From IMG/VR virus record IMGVR_UViG_3300020274_000001, positions 32,001-96,000 of that record: a DNA stretch of 64,000 nucleotides; one strand, written 5' to 3'. The position numbers and the translations under genes were made by a program. The first letter of the stretch is position 1. Every line of letters begins with the position of its first letter. Origin of the DNA: a virus. This document shows, in pieces, positions 30,126-39,919 of the stretch. The notes beneath the pieces are model-generated. The model was not told the DNA's origin, made no database searches, and worked only from the letters and a program-made list of their open reading frames with translations.

Positions 30126-30379
30126 AGCATATCTGCTACTAAATGATGGTAACGAAGAAGGCTGTGTCTTTCTTCTTTCCAATCTTCTTGCTTGTGCAAG
30201 AGCGTGGTAGTAAGATTGCTTGGACTTGCAATCAATTACGATGGCGTATGCGTATGCGTTTTGGAGGGCTGTTTAGCAGTGTGTCCCCGACCCCGGGAAG
30301 CGTTATCAGCGCATTACACACGAAGCCCACCGCCTCGAGGTTAAACACCCCTCGGTTATACGTGACTAAGTCACACAGA

Positions 30380-32206
30380 ATGGAATCTAAAGATTTCGGA
30401 GATACCCTTAACGGGGCTATGACGGCACACGTTCCAATCGTGGCCGCACATACATCAGAGGTTGATGCTACAATCGCTGAAGTATTGAAATTTGGTCTGA
30501 CGACCGTTCCGGAGATGAGAGTAAAGGGCCCCGAAGGGGGACCTATTCGAGTCCCCATGAACAAGAAGGCCAAGACGTTTGTATGGCGACAAGCAGACGA
30601 AGGTTTCCGTGAATGGAACCTTTACTACCCGGGCGGACACCCTCAACAATTCCAAATTGTGAATAGGGTCGAAGGTCCGGAAGATGAAGACTTGGAAATT
30701 GCGGCTCCCAACCATGGGACCGAGATTATCCTATGTGATGGACAAGAGACAGGCGACCCCTTCCGAGAAACAATTGAATATATTGAAAATTGGGACTGGA
30801 AGGCTGACGGACCTGCGCAGTTCATCTTGCGAGATATGCACTATCATCTCAACCCGTTGCAAGGGACCCAAAAAGGTCTCGGTGCAGACGACATGGAAGA
30901 GAACGTTGATAGATTGGCTCGCGCTTGTGAACGTATTGCTGGAATGGCAAAATACGTCCAAATCATCATCTTGCACGAAACTCGCTGGCATGTTCCAGCA
31001 GAGTTGGACGGCTTTGTATACCGTGTCAGAATTCACCCTCCTAACAAGGAGTCTCGAATCGAAAAGATTCGATACATGAAGGAAGGTATTGAAGAAGACG
31101 CAAGCAGTATACAGTCGTATCCTAAAGTCGCAAACATGACAGACGTCGACATTGAAGACGTTGCTGATGCTGGAGCCGGTTTGACTTCTACACAATTTGA
31201 AAATCTATTGTGTATGAGTCTTGCCAATAATGCCGATATGAGTGGCCAATTTATCCTTCGAGAGAAGGCAAAGTTGGTCGAACAGGCTGGTTTCAAACTC
31301 ATCACGCCAAAAGAGTCCTTTGACAACATCGGTGGTCTTGAACCACTGAAGAAATGGGCTCGCCGCCGAAAGCGTCGATTTACTGACGCCGCTGGCTTGT
31401 ATGGATTCCGTCGCGCACCGCGAGGAATGCTACTTGCTGGTGTCCCCGGCTGTGGGAAGACTCTACTCGCTAAGGCTACGGCCAAAGAGTGGAACATGAA
31501 CATTATCGCTGTTCGAGCACCTGACTTGAAAGGGTCATTGGTGGGCGAATCAGAAGAGAAGACACAAAAGTTGCTTGATATGGCTGAAGCGAATGGACCC
31601 TGTGTGGTCTTTATCGACGAAGCCGAGAAGTTGCTTGGTTCTCAAGATTCTGTAAGAGATGGAGGAGCACACGACGCCGTTCTGGCGCAGTTCCTTTCAT
31701 TCATGCAGGACAACGAGGCTGGTGTATACTTCATCTTCACTGCGAATCAAATGAACAAATTCCCGCCAGAACTGGTTGACCGATTTGAAGGTCGCTGGTT
31801 CGTTGACTTGCCAAGCGCAGACGAGAGAGAAGGTATTCTGAATATCCACCTCACTTTGAACGCAAGCGACAACAACGGACTTTTGGAAATTGCTAATGAT
31901 GAATCCATTATGGAGAAACTCATTAAGAAGACCGAAGGTTTCAGTGGTCGTAACATTGAGCAAGCAGTCGAAGAGGCGATGGACCTCGGGTTCGAAGAGA
32001 ACCGACCTGTGACAATCAAAGACTTTAACGAAGTCTTTAACCCAACCACAGGTATGAAGCCTACCTCCGAAACGAGGAAGGCAGACATCGAGGCTATGCG
32101 TGAATTCGTTGGCAACGGAACAATGCGTATCGCAAACACCCCGGAGAACACAGTTGATGGTAAATCAACGTTCGAGGCTTTCAAGCCAAACCGAGGTTTT
32201 GCTTGA
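30380..32206 (+). CDS. Ycf46-like AAA+ ATPase
   Basis: IGGLEPLKKW, GVPGCGKT, VFIDEAEK; start after GTGAC-TAA-GTCAC-ACA-G. Confidence 0.9.
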   Translation: MESKDFGDTLNGAMTAHVPIVAAHTSEVDATIAEVLKFGLTTVPEMRVKGPEGGPIRVPMNKKAKTFVWRQADEGFREWNLYYPGGHPQQFQIVNRVEGPEDEDLEIAAPNHGTEIILCDGQETGDPFRETIEYIENWDWKADGPAQFILRDMHYHLNPLQGTQKGLGADDMEENVDRLARACERIAGMAKYVQIIILHETRWHVPAELDGFVYRVRIHPPNKESRIEKIRYMKEGIEEDASSIQSYPKVANMTDVDIEDVADAGAGLTSTQFENLLCMSLANNADMSGQFILREKAKLVEQAGFKLITPKESFDNIGGLEPLKKWARRRKRRFTDAAGLYGFRRAPRGMLLAGVPGCGKTLLAKATAKEWNMNIIAVRAPDLKGSLVGESEEKTQKLLDMAEANGPCVVFIDEAEKLLGSQDSVRDGGAHDAVLAQFLSFMQDNEAGVYFIFTANQMNKFPPELVDRFEGRWFVDLPSADEREGILNIHLTLNASDNNGLLEIANDESIMEKLIKKTEGFSGRNIEQAVEEAMDLGFEENRPVTIKDFNEVFNPTTGMKPTSETRKADIEAMREFVGNGTMRIANTPENTVDGKSTFEAFKPNRGFA

Positions 32207-32636
32207 CGATATAACGTGCCCTTGTGGCACATAGGAAGAGGAAGACTGCATTCTGAATGGGTGTGGTCGAGGATATTAGCAGTAATTGTAAAGTCGGTTG
32301 CACCGTTCTCGTTTTACGGACGAGCAAAGAAACAGTTGCGTTGACATGCAGGTGCAATCCCATCCTTAACCACAACTCATGAATGATGTTTCATCAAAAC
32401 ACCCACTTCGAACAAGTTACCAACAGGTGACATGTATTGTGGCAATCTTTTGATGTATCAAGCGGAGACGTAACCGGCGAGTAAGGGGCTGGGTTACGGG
32501 CCTTACGGCCATAGGTTGGACAGGAAGCAGAGAGTGCCGTTTATGTGGTGCATCCCATCCCTTTTCCTGTCCACCACAGAAAATTTGCGTGACATGGCGA
32601 TGCTGAATGGCAATCGTTGTGTCACGTATTTTTTTT

Positions 32637-32680
32637 GGACCGAACCACACTATGCGAACTACATCAAAGCCGCAAGGTCC
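32637..32680 (+). ncRNA. TIGR-like guide unit
   Basis: GGACC/GGTCC stem; CACTATGC/TCAAAGCC. Confidence 0.8.
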
Positions 32681-32684
32681 TTAG

Positions 32685-32936
32685 ATGCTATCAGATAGCA
32701 TATTTGAAGTGCGAGAAGCCCTAATGAGTGCTTATCGACACTATTGCATGGACACCGACACTTTCGCAGGAGTCTATGACGAAGAAATGAAATCGAGAGT
32801 TCGTCAACTTGTGACGGACATGACTCGAATACTTCTCACACCGGGGATGGACATTCCACCGGTAGCAGAAGCACCATTGGTTGAAGATTGGGACCCTACC
32901 GTATGGCAGGACCTATATCCTCAACCCGAGACTTGA
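32685..32936 (+). CDS. Hypothetical protein
   Basis: TTAG-ATG after guide. Confidence 0.6.
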   Translation: MLSDSIFEVREALMSAYRHYCMDTDTFAGVYDEEMKSRVRQLVTDMTRILLTPGMDIPPVAEAPLVEDWDPTVWQDLYPQPET

Positions 32937-32945
32937 GTCTCATAG

Positions 32946-33332
32946 ATGGTATGCGTTACATACATCAAAACCGGTGCAGACACCGGATTGGTCGTGCCGT
33001 ATGATACGGGCGACTACCACACATGGAAAGGGCACGAAGCAGACTTGCTTCTAAAAGACCCTCCGAGAGAACTCTCGGGAATGGAAAAGTGCTACCACGT
33101 TAAGTGGATAAACAAGACGCCTCGAATGACAAATAAGCAAATTATTTCTTCTGAAGAATTTGCCGAAAAGTATGAGGTTAATTGTGAAAGAATTGAAGGA
33201 AATACTCCTACATTCCATGTTACACGAGGTGGCGGATTTACAATCAAAGTCACTAACGGCAATGGGGCTTTTGGCCACTTGGACTATGTCGCACGCCCAC
33301 TTTGGGTAACAGGCGATAAGAGGACTCGTTAG
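32946..33332 (+). CDS. Hypothetical protein
   Basis: Hairpin-ATAG-ATG. Confidence 0.6.
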   Translation: MVCVTYIKTGADTGLVVPYDTGDYHTWKGHEADLLLKDPPRELSGMEKCYHVKWINKTPRMTNKQIISSEEFAEKYEVNCERIEGNTPTFHVTRGGGFTIKVTNGNGAFGHLDYVARPLWVTGDKRTR

Positions 33333-33364
33333 AGTTCATAACCGGTCGATACATCGACCATAGG

Positions 33365-34030
33365 ATGAGAGTCATATGGAATGACGATAAAAGGGCACTA
33401 AGGACACACGAATGTCTATCTGCCCTTTCCATCTACCACGCCTACAAAGAGGCTGGAGATAACTATCTTGACGAAGTCGACGTAGCAAGACAAGGCTATG
33501 TGGTTCGTCGAGATATTCGGAATACCACACCGGCATCTGTATTTGAGGTCTTTACAGAACTCTACCAATCATTGGTGGAAGACATAGACAACCTATACAA
33601 TGACCGAGATGGTTTGCGTCAAAGAATGCAAGAAGGTTCATGGGACCCAATTGACGAATTGATGAATGATGGCCGAATGAAAAACGCTATTGGCGTATTC
33701 CTACAAAGGAAGAACATGATTGTTAATCGTATGCCGGAAAATAAAGCATACGACAAGGCTCGAGATGACTTGAGTTCTGCAATCGAGGATATGAAGGGAT
33801 TCATCGGAGCGTTCCTATCGGATGCTTCACAAACACTCTTGACAGCAATTTCACGAAATGGTTTGAAAGACGGAAAGGACATCGGGGCACTCAAGCCTCG
33901 CGTTCTCGGTCTTGACTGGAGTGGTCTTGTTGTTCGCATTGATGTGGACGAACAGACCATCATGCTGAATGAAGAGAAAGAGAAAGAAGACAAGGACACA
34001 AGTCCTTCGTTTGACCCTTCGTATGGTTGA
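33365..34030 (+). CDS. Hypothetical protein
   Basis: 221-aa ORF. Confidence 0.7.
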   Translation: MRVIWNDDKRALRTHECLSALSIYHAYKEAGDNYLDEVDVARQGYVVRRDIRNTTPASVFEVFTELYQSLVEDIDNLYNDRDGLRQRMQEGSWDPIDELMNDGRMKNAIGVFLQRKNMIVNRMPENKAYDKARDDLSSAIEDMKGFIGAFLSDASQTLLTAISRNGLKDGKDIGALKPRVLGLDWSGLVVRIDVDEQTIMLNEEKEKEDKDTSPSFDPSYG

Positions 34031-34047
34031 CGGCCTTATGGCCATAG

Positions 34048-34245
34048 ATGATGCACACATCATTAGTATGTCCAATCTGTTGTTCTGAACACACCCAAGC
34101 GGTAATGATTGACCCCGGCGAATTATATTTGCCAGACTCCAATCCAAAGCGTATATTCGCTTGTTCAGAATGCGATTGTTCTTGGGAGGTTGAATACTTC
34201 CCTGCGAAGAAGAAGATTCTTCACAAACTCCCGGTCTCTGCATGA
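34048..34245 (+). CDS. Small Zn-ribbon protein
   Basis: CPIC..CSEC. Confidence 0.6.
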   Translation: MMHTSLVCPICCSEHTQAVMIDPGELYLPDSNPKRIFACSECDCSWEVEYFPAKKKILHKLPVSA

Positions 34246-34252
34246 GGCCATA

Positions 34253-34342
34253 GAGCAAAACATGCAGGATGTAATGTTAAAAACACCGTATGCTCATAGA
34301 ACCACAACATATGGCCGGAATTGTATATATGGTGAATGGTTC
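34253..34342 (+). ncRNA. TIGR-like guides, 2 units (degenerate third follows)
   Basis: TGCAGGAT/AAAACACC; TATGGCCG/TATATGGT. Confidence 0.8.
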
Positions 34343-34385
34343 ACAGAGCGAATCGCTTATGGCTGATTGTAACTTGGCAGATAAC

Positions 34386-34667
34386 ATGCCAAGTGCACTA
34401 CAAAAGAAAGTTCAGCCAGTCGGACCCCTTGCAGATATTGTGGGTTCAAAGAAATTAACTCGTGGAGAAATCGTAAAGAAATTATGGGCTCACATTAAGA
34501 AGCACAAACTCCAAGGAGAGAAAGGTGACACCTGTAAATACAACGGTAAGACCTACAAGGGAGGTCAAGTCATTTTCTGCGAGACAGATGAAATGTATGC
34601 ACTTTGTGGCAAAGACAAAATTGCCATGACTGAATTAACAGCAATTGCAAACAAATACATCGACTAA
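34386..34667 (+). CDS. SWIB/MDM2-domain protein
   Basis: LADIVG...TRGEIVKKLWAHIKKHKLQ. Confidence 0.85.
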   Translation: MPSALQKKVQPVGPLADIVGSKKLTRGEIVKKLWAHIKKHKLQGEKGDTCKYNGKTYKGGQVIFCETDEMYALCGKDKIAMTELTAIANKYID

Positions 34668-34693
34668 GTAGACGATATTCAAATCGTCTTAGA

Positions 34694-35134
34694 ATGCCTA
34701 AGACGGCAGACAAAGAAGACGAGGATTCCTATGAGAAGACTCGTGAAGTGATTGGCTCGACTACGAGCGTAATCATAACTCCAGACGGAGAAGACAATGA
34801 GTTCCCAGAAGGAACCATGTGGCTTTACTCCATTGGAATGTATGAAAATTACGGGATACCCGATATCGAAATGAGAGGGGTAGATACTCGATTTGCGAAG
34901 GCCGCAAGTCAAGTAATCAACGAGATGAATGCTTACCGTCTTTTGAACTTGGATAAGCCCATGTTAGTGGGCCAAACCGTTCAATGGAATACTGGTAACT
35001 TCATCATTACTGAATCTGAAGAATGGGATGGAATGTATTCATGGAATGAAGAAACCATGATTCGAATGTCATCTCGTGAAATGGAAATACACTGCACTTC
35101 ATGTCAAATGGAAGATGCAGGAGCAGAGGCTTGA
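34694..35134 (+). CDS. Hypothetical protein (DUF4262-like)
   Basis: YSIGM...GIPDIEMRG. Confidence 0.55.
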   Translation: MPKTADKEDEDSYEKTREVIGSTTSVIITPDGEDNEFPEGTMWLYSIGMYENYGIPDIEMRGVDTRFAKAASQVINEMNAYRLLNLDKPMLVGQTVQWNTGNFIITESEEWDGMYSWNEETMIRMSSREMEIHCTSCQMEDAGAEA

Positions 35135-35143
35135 TGCCTCATA

Positions 35144-35187
35144 GAACCTAATCATACCTTTTGTAATGCACCATGCGGGCAAGGTTC
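35144..35187 (+). ncRNA. TIGR-like guide unit
   Basis: TACCTTTT/CCATGCGG. Confidence 0.8.
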
Positions 35188-35191
35188 ACAG

Positions 35192-35413
35192 ATGTCTAAC
35201 GAAAAGACAGCGACACGAGCATGGAAAGCCACGCTCGTTTTTGGAGAGTTTGCCGACCTACGTGCATTCCTCCAGCAACATGGAGTCCGCATATCTGACT
35301 TCGCAATCACCGACAAAGACGGGAATCATCTCGGTTTTGACGACGTGGTGTTGTCTATGCCTCAATCAGTTGATGAGACGCAGACAACTCTGTATAGCGG
35401 AACCGAGGCTTGA
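35192..35413 (+). CDS. Hypothetical protein
   Basis: ACAG-ATG. Confidence 0.6.
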   Translation: MSNEKTATRAWKATLVFGEFADLRAFLQQHGVRISDFAITDKDGNHLGFDDVVLSMPQSVDETQTTLYSGTEA

Positions 35414-35422
35414 TGCCTCATA

Positions 35423-35510
35423 GAGCAAACAAATAACCTGTGTTACATAACTTATGAATGCTCATAGAACCGAACCATTACATGGGAAATACACATGGCC
35501 AGAAAGGTTC
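35423..35510 (+). ncRNA. TIGR-like guides, 2 units
   Basis: AATAACCT/TAACTTAT; TTACATGG/CATGGCCA. Confidence 0.85.
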
Positions 35511-35514
35511 ACAG

Positions 35515-35769
35515 ATGAATTTCATTGGAGATTTCATGACGCCGGATGAACTTTCGGCGGACTTCGCCAGAACTGGCGGATACGGCAACATCAGAGACTT
35601 ATCAAAGGAAGGTGGGCCGACTCTGGAACAACAGCACGAAATTAATCGTGTATGGTTGAATCAACAATTTTCTATGCTGAAAGTTGGCGGGATATGGGCG
35701 TGGCCCGAAACCCGTAGACTATTCAAGAAAGTTGATAGAGACCATTTCAGAGAAATTGACGGACCTTGA
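35515..35769 (+). CDS. Hypothetical protein
   Basis: ACAG-ATG. Confidence 0.6.
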   Translation: MNFIGDFMTPDELSADFARTGGYGNIRDLSKEGGPTLEQQHEINRVWLNQQFSMLKVGGIWAWPETRRLFKKVDRDHFREIDGP

Positions 35770-35776
35770 GTCCATA

Positions 35777-35818
35777 GAGCAAAACATACCCTCCGAGTTA
35801 CAACTCATGTGTATGCTC
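35777..35818 (+). ncRNA. TIGR-like guide unit
   Basis: TACCCTCC/ACTCATGT. Confidence 0.8.
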
Positions 35819-35821
35819 ATA

Positions 35822-35921
35822 GGAGAGAGGATGCGAGCAGTCGTCCTATGCAATAACTGCCACTTCCAAAGATGGGAAGTATCGGGTGCGAGCAGTCCCC
35901 GAATCAATACTGTGCCTCTCC
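35822..35921 (+). ncRNA. Structured RNA cassette with two pseudoknot-like repeats
   Basis: GGAGAG/CTCTCC closing stem; TGCGAGCAGT..CAATA(A)CTG twice. Confidence 0.6.
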
Positions 35922-35924
35922 TTA

Positions 35925-36011
35925 GAGCAAACAGACGGTTTGTAATGCAAAGATTACGTTGCTCACAGAACCGAACCAAACACGTTGCAATGTATTGAAA
36001 ATGTATGGTTC
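35925..36011 (+). ncRNA. TIGR-like guides, 2 units
   Basis: GACGGTTT/AAGATTAC; AACACGTT/TTGAAAAT. Confidence 0.8.
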
Positions 36012-36016
36012 ACAGA

Positions 36017-37063
36017 ATGGTGAAAATGAACATCACTATACAGTTGGATGACAATGATATCAGTTTAACTGAATTGTTATCGGCTATAATTCACAAGGAA
36101 CATGTTCCTGTGAATGATGTGCCTGTTGTGAAAGTAGAAGAACCTACTCCACAAAAACAGGAAGAGGAAGCACCTACAAAGAAGCCGAGGAAGAAATCTA
36201 AGGCTCGTAAGAATAAAAATTACGTTTGTAGAAAGTGTGGCGCAACCGAATCATCACAATGGAGGCAACGAACAGACCCAAGAGGAACTATGTGCAATAT
36301 TTGTCATATGAAAGAGTATAGACAGATGAGAAACAATGCTCTTGGGAAATCAAAGCCCGTTGTGGAGATAGTTGAGGAGCCCGTTGAGAAAGTAGAAGTA
36401 ATGAAGAAGCCGGTTGTAAAACCACGAATCATTACTCCGAAAAGACGGACTACTAAGCCAAAACTAAAGATTCCTCGAAAGAAGAAGAAGGAAAACCAAC
36501 GCCCCGAACTAAGGGACATTGGCGGACTTGTGGATTCTGACAGACTTGCTCTGCTCAAGAATTCTAACTTCAACACCGTTAGACGGTTTGCGCAAGCACA
36601 CCCGGACAAGTTGATGTCCGTAATGGGTTGTTCTTTGAACGAACTTGAAGCATTGGAAAATGCTCAAAGAAAGGCGGCGGCTCTACACCGGAAATATTCT
36701 ATGATTTCTGCGGCAGAGAGAAACGCTGAACGACTAAAGGACCAGCCCGATGAAAAACCGAAGTGGGAGAAATCAAAAACTCTATCGACGGTTTGGAACG
36801 GAATCGAAGGACGTGAAGTGGGGGCATACATGCTCTCCGACGTAGTGGACAAAGCATATCACATTGCTACTACAAACTACGAAGACACACCTAAGAAGAA
36901 GAAATTCAAAAGTCAACTTCTAACGGCAGGACAAGAAATGTTCGAAAAGATAGTGAAGGCGGCTAACAGCCCTAACTTCTCTATCTTGGGAATGGGCGAC
37001 AACATCGCTCTTCTTGTTCTAAACAAAAAAGACTGGCCCACTCTACGGGACATCGAGGCTTGA
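36017..37063 (+). CDS. GATA-type Zn-finger plus HhH-like DNA-binding protein
   Basis: CRKCGATESSQWR...MCNIC. Confidence 0.7.
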   Translation: MVKMNITIQLDDNDISLTELLSAIIHKEHVPVNDVPVVKVEEPTPQKQEEEAPTKKPRKKSKARKNKNYVCRKCGATESSQWRQRTDPRGTMCNICHMKEYRQMRNNALGKSKPVVEIVEEPVEKVEVMKKPVVKPRIITPKRRTTKPKLKIPRKKKKENQRPELRDIGGLVDSDRLALLKNSNFNTVRRFAQAHPDKLMSVMGCSLNELEALENAQRKAAALHRKYSMISAAERNAERLKDQPDEKPKWEKSKTLSTVWNGIEGREVGAYMLSDVVDKAYHIATTNYEDTPKKKKFKSQLLTAGQEMFEKIVKAANSPNFSILGMGDNIALLVLNKKDWPTLRDIEA

Positions 37064-37075
37064 TGCCTCATAGGT

Positions 37076-37372
37076 ATGGCACAAAACCCTATCAAGAAAG
37101 GCGAGGAGACGAAAATCGTCACCGTTCGCATGGCTGAATCCGACTACAAGTTGATTCAGATGAGAGCAAAGGCGGCCAGCATGACTATTGCTGACTATAT
37201 CCGTTTGCTCGTCCTTGATGCCGAAAGACTTCGTGATTACGTTAGTGACGCTAAAGTGGTCACTGACAAGATACAGAAGGTAATGGCATCAATGGACCTA
37301 CAACCAGAAACCGAAGACGAAGAAGAATACGATAAAATTTCATTCGAAGGTCTCGGTAGTTTGTTTGGGTGA
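37076..37372 (+). CDS. Ribbon-helix-helix (MobC-like) DNA-binding protein
   Basis: VTVRM.E.DY..I..RA.AASMTIADYIR. Confidence 0.7.
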   Translation: MAQNPIKKGEETKIVTVRMAESDYKLIQMRAKAASMTIADYIRLLVLDAERLRDYVSDAKVVTDKIQKVMASMDLQPETEDEEEYDKISFEGLGSLFG

Positions 37373-37377
37373 TTGCG

Positions 37378-37791
37378 ATGACTAACATCGAAATCAACCT
37401 AACACTGGAAGGCGAAGAGGCACTACGTGTTCTACAAGCCATCCTAAACAAAGGAGCAGAAATACCTGTTACCCACACACCTGTGGTGGAGAAAACCGCC
37501 AAACCGGAGACTAATAATTGGACCCACCAGAAAAATACACGGTGGACCGAAAGGCAAATCGATTATCTTTCTTGCATGGTCAGAGACCATTATGCAGAAC
37601 ACGGCTTGATTTCGTTCCGTCATGAAGACCGAATGAAAGTGGAAGCCGAATTCTGGGACCTGTGTGGAGCAATCCGCTCTTGGAAAGGAATGAACGTCAG
37701 AACCTCGATTATGAGGGGCAAAGGCGACAAGCGTTTCTTCCCAGACGGTAAGAAGAAGGTTAAACGTAAGAAAACTCCTAAACGGTCTTGA
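37378..37791 (+). CDS. Hypothetical protein, possible Myb/SANT-like helix domain
   Basis: RWTERQIDYL; N-terminus shared with ORF at 55933. Confidence 0.6.
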   Translation: MTNIEINLTLEGEEALRVLQAILNKGAEIPVTHTPVVEKTAKPETNNWTHQKNTRWTERQIDYLSCMVRDHYAEHGLISFRHEDRMKVEAEFWDLCGAIRSWKGMNVRTSIMRGKGDKRFFPDGKKKVKRKKTPKRS

Positions 37792-37800
37792 TTGACCATA

Positions 37801-37844
37801 GAACCAAACCAAATGGAATGTATTTTACATTATTCGAATGGTTC
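37801..37844 (+). ncRNA. TIGR-like guide unit
   Basis: AATGGAAT/CATTATTC. Confidence 0.8.
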
Positions 37845-37848
37845 ACAG

Positions 37849-38109
37849 ATGGCCCTATCGGTTATTGAAAACAACGTCATGAATGCGCAACTGCATTTCA
37901 TGAGAGACATGCTTGAAGTTCAAAAGAACCAAGCAGAGGCAATGGAAAGAATTGCTAATCAACTCGAAGAGATGATGAAGTTCCTACATGGGACTACCAT
38001 CGAACAAGTCGAAAGAAAACGACAACAAATGAAGAAGAAGACTCAAAAGAATGAAACTTCTGAAGTTGAAGCCATGAAGGAATTCATGCAAAAAACAAAA
38101 GAGGCTTAG
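37849..38109 (+). CDS. Coiled-coil hypothetical protein
   Basis: ACAG-ATG. Confidence 0.6.
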   Translation: MALSVIENNVMNAQLHFMRDMLEVQKNQAEAMERIANQLEEMMKFLHGTTIEQVERKRQQMKKKTQKNETSEVEAMKEFMQKTKEA

Positions 38110-38119
38110 TCCTCATAGA

Positions 38120-39292
38120 ATGAATGCAAACGACATTCAAACCCTCCACGACAAATATAGTGCCTTTACTGGTATTCCTATGGCGGACAGTAAAATGTTC
38201 TACATTGAATACACTGGTATGGGCGACCTTTTCGAAGGTGCACCAGTAGGTGGTCGTGTCGTGAAGGGACTCGAGTTTACATATCGACATGGAGACTTGT
38301 GGATTACTACTCTGTATGAAGAAAGATTCGAACAGAGGAAGTTTCCAAAAAACACGCTTGAGGGCAACTGCCCCGAGTTTATTTGTTCATGGGACGGCAA
38401 TTCCACCATTATGAATGTGGGAAGGTGCGACGTTCTACTCATTTTGCTTGATTTGCGAAATGGAAGACATCACATGACACTACAACACAAAGGTTCAACA
38501 CTTTTCCGACACATGGGAGGAAATTTTACTTGGAACAGTGGTGTAGACACAGAATTCTTGCCGAGGATAGACTTGGAACGGACATGTAGAACATGGGCCG
38601 TTTCTGGTGAACTTGGATTAGAATTGATGCAGAACATTACAGGAGAGGGCACAAGACATGCCCCGTATACTGCTATCATACATGGTAGAGCCTCCAATAT
38701 TGGAGTTTCTTACTATGATGACAACGGCGGAGACTTTGTGGAAACAAAGGCTCTCGCTCAAAGATACGGCTCTAAATATATCGGAAGGACCACTTCGTGG
38801 GACGAGGTTTCTGACACCAGAAGTTTTCTTCTTCACGAAGACCACAGTGTGTGGCACAACAGAAGAAGGATGAACTCGATAAAAATCATGGAACTTCATT
38901 TTCCAAGAAATGATATCGAAACTGCTAACGCAACCTACGACATATTTGGAAACGCAGACAAGAAGCAAGCGTGCGGCTATTCTCTGATTTATGAGAATGG
39001 CGAAATGGAACGCTACCTCTTTATGGCCCCTTTCAAACGAGGCCACCCTCTTAACGAATTTTTGCCAAAAACAAGATTCAAGGAAATCTATATTCCAGAG
39101 CAACTACCGGTTGACTACTGGACATGGGTATCCGAAGTAATTCAAGGAGACGATGAATTGAACAAAGAAGAAAAACAAATGGTTGGTAAGTGGTTTACAG
39201 GCTACATTACCAATATGATTCGTAAGGGAAAACAACCCTCTGACGAAGAAATCGAGTTTGCTAAAAGACTCGGCGTTTACAAAGGAGAATAA
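38120..39292 (+). CDS. Hypothetical protein
   Basis: 390-aa ORF. Confidence 0.75.
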   Translation: MNANDIQTLHDKYSAFTGIPMADSKMFYIEYTGMGDLFEGAPVGGRVVKGLEFTYRHGDLWITTLYEERFEQRKFPKNTLEGNCPEFICSWDGNSTIMNVGRCDVLLILLDLRNGRHHMTLQHKGSTLFRHMGGNFTWNSGVDTEFLPRIDLERTCRTWAVSGELGLELMQNITGEGTRHAPYTAIIHGRASNIGVSYYDDNGGDFVETKALAQRYGSKYIGRTTSWDEVSDTRSFLLHEDHSVWHNRRRMNSIKIMELHFPRNDIETANATYDIFGNADKKQACGYSLIYENGEMERYLFMAPFKRGHPLNEFLPKTRFKEIYIPEQLPVDYWTWVSEVIQGDDELNKEEKQMVGKWFTGYITNMIRKGKQPSDEEIEFAKRLGVYKGE

Positions 39293-39301
39293 TCTCCATA
39301 G

Positions 39302-39919
39302 ATGGCAATAGACCACGAATCACAAATGCCTTGGAGGGATAGTGACATTAAGGAGTTGGATAAAAAATTCCATACCATGTTCGCATTTCCCAAGGTATTT
39401 TCAGAGTTGAACCAACTGTCCAACTCTAAAGTGAAATTCGAGATTAAACTGCACATCATGCGCCTTTTGCAAGAAATTGTAATACAATTTGAAAACGAAG
39501 ACAAAAGAGCGAGTCAAGAAGCCAACCGGCACTTTGCTTGGGCATTTTTGCCTATTGCAACGGGTTGGAGGCGACTCGCTGAAAGTGATTTTAAGAAAGA
39601 AGATGACGGAAATCTCCAGATTCTAAGTAATAATACACATCACTTGGGAACCATGATGTATCAATTTGGGGCAATGAACTTTAGTTTGTTGACACTCATA
39701 TCTCGAAGCCCGTATGGTAAAGAATACCAAAACAGATATCATCGCAACCTAATGACGATGATAGACCATATGGGAGCGCAAATACCTCAAAAGGTAAACA
39801 CTTGCGCTAAAACTAAGATTTTTTGGAAGACAGAAAATATGGGCCTTGGAAATCAGAATGCGGAGGAACCTCTCATTCATATTCTTGAGGCATTGTTCAG
39901 AGGTATCCGATATGGTTGA
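39302..39919 (+). CDS. Hypothetical protein
   Basis: 205-aa ORF. Confidence 0.7.
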   Translation: MAIDHESQMPWRDSDIKELDKKFHTMFAFPKVFSELNQLSNSKVKFEIKLHIMRLLQEIVIQFENEDKRASQEANRHFAWAFLPIATGWRRLAESDFKKEDDGNLQILSNNTHHLGTMMYQFGAMNFSLLTLISRSPYGKEYQNRYHRNLMTMIDHMGAQIPQKVNTCAKTKIFWKTENMGLGNQNAEEPLIHILEALFRGIRYG

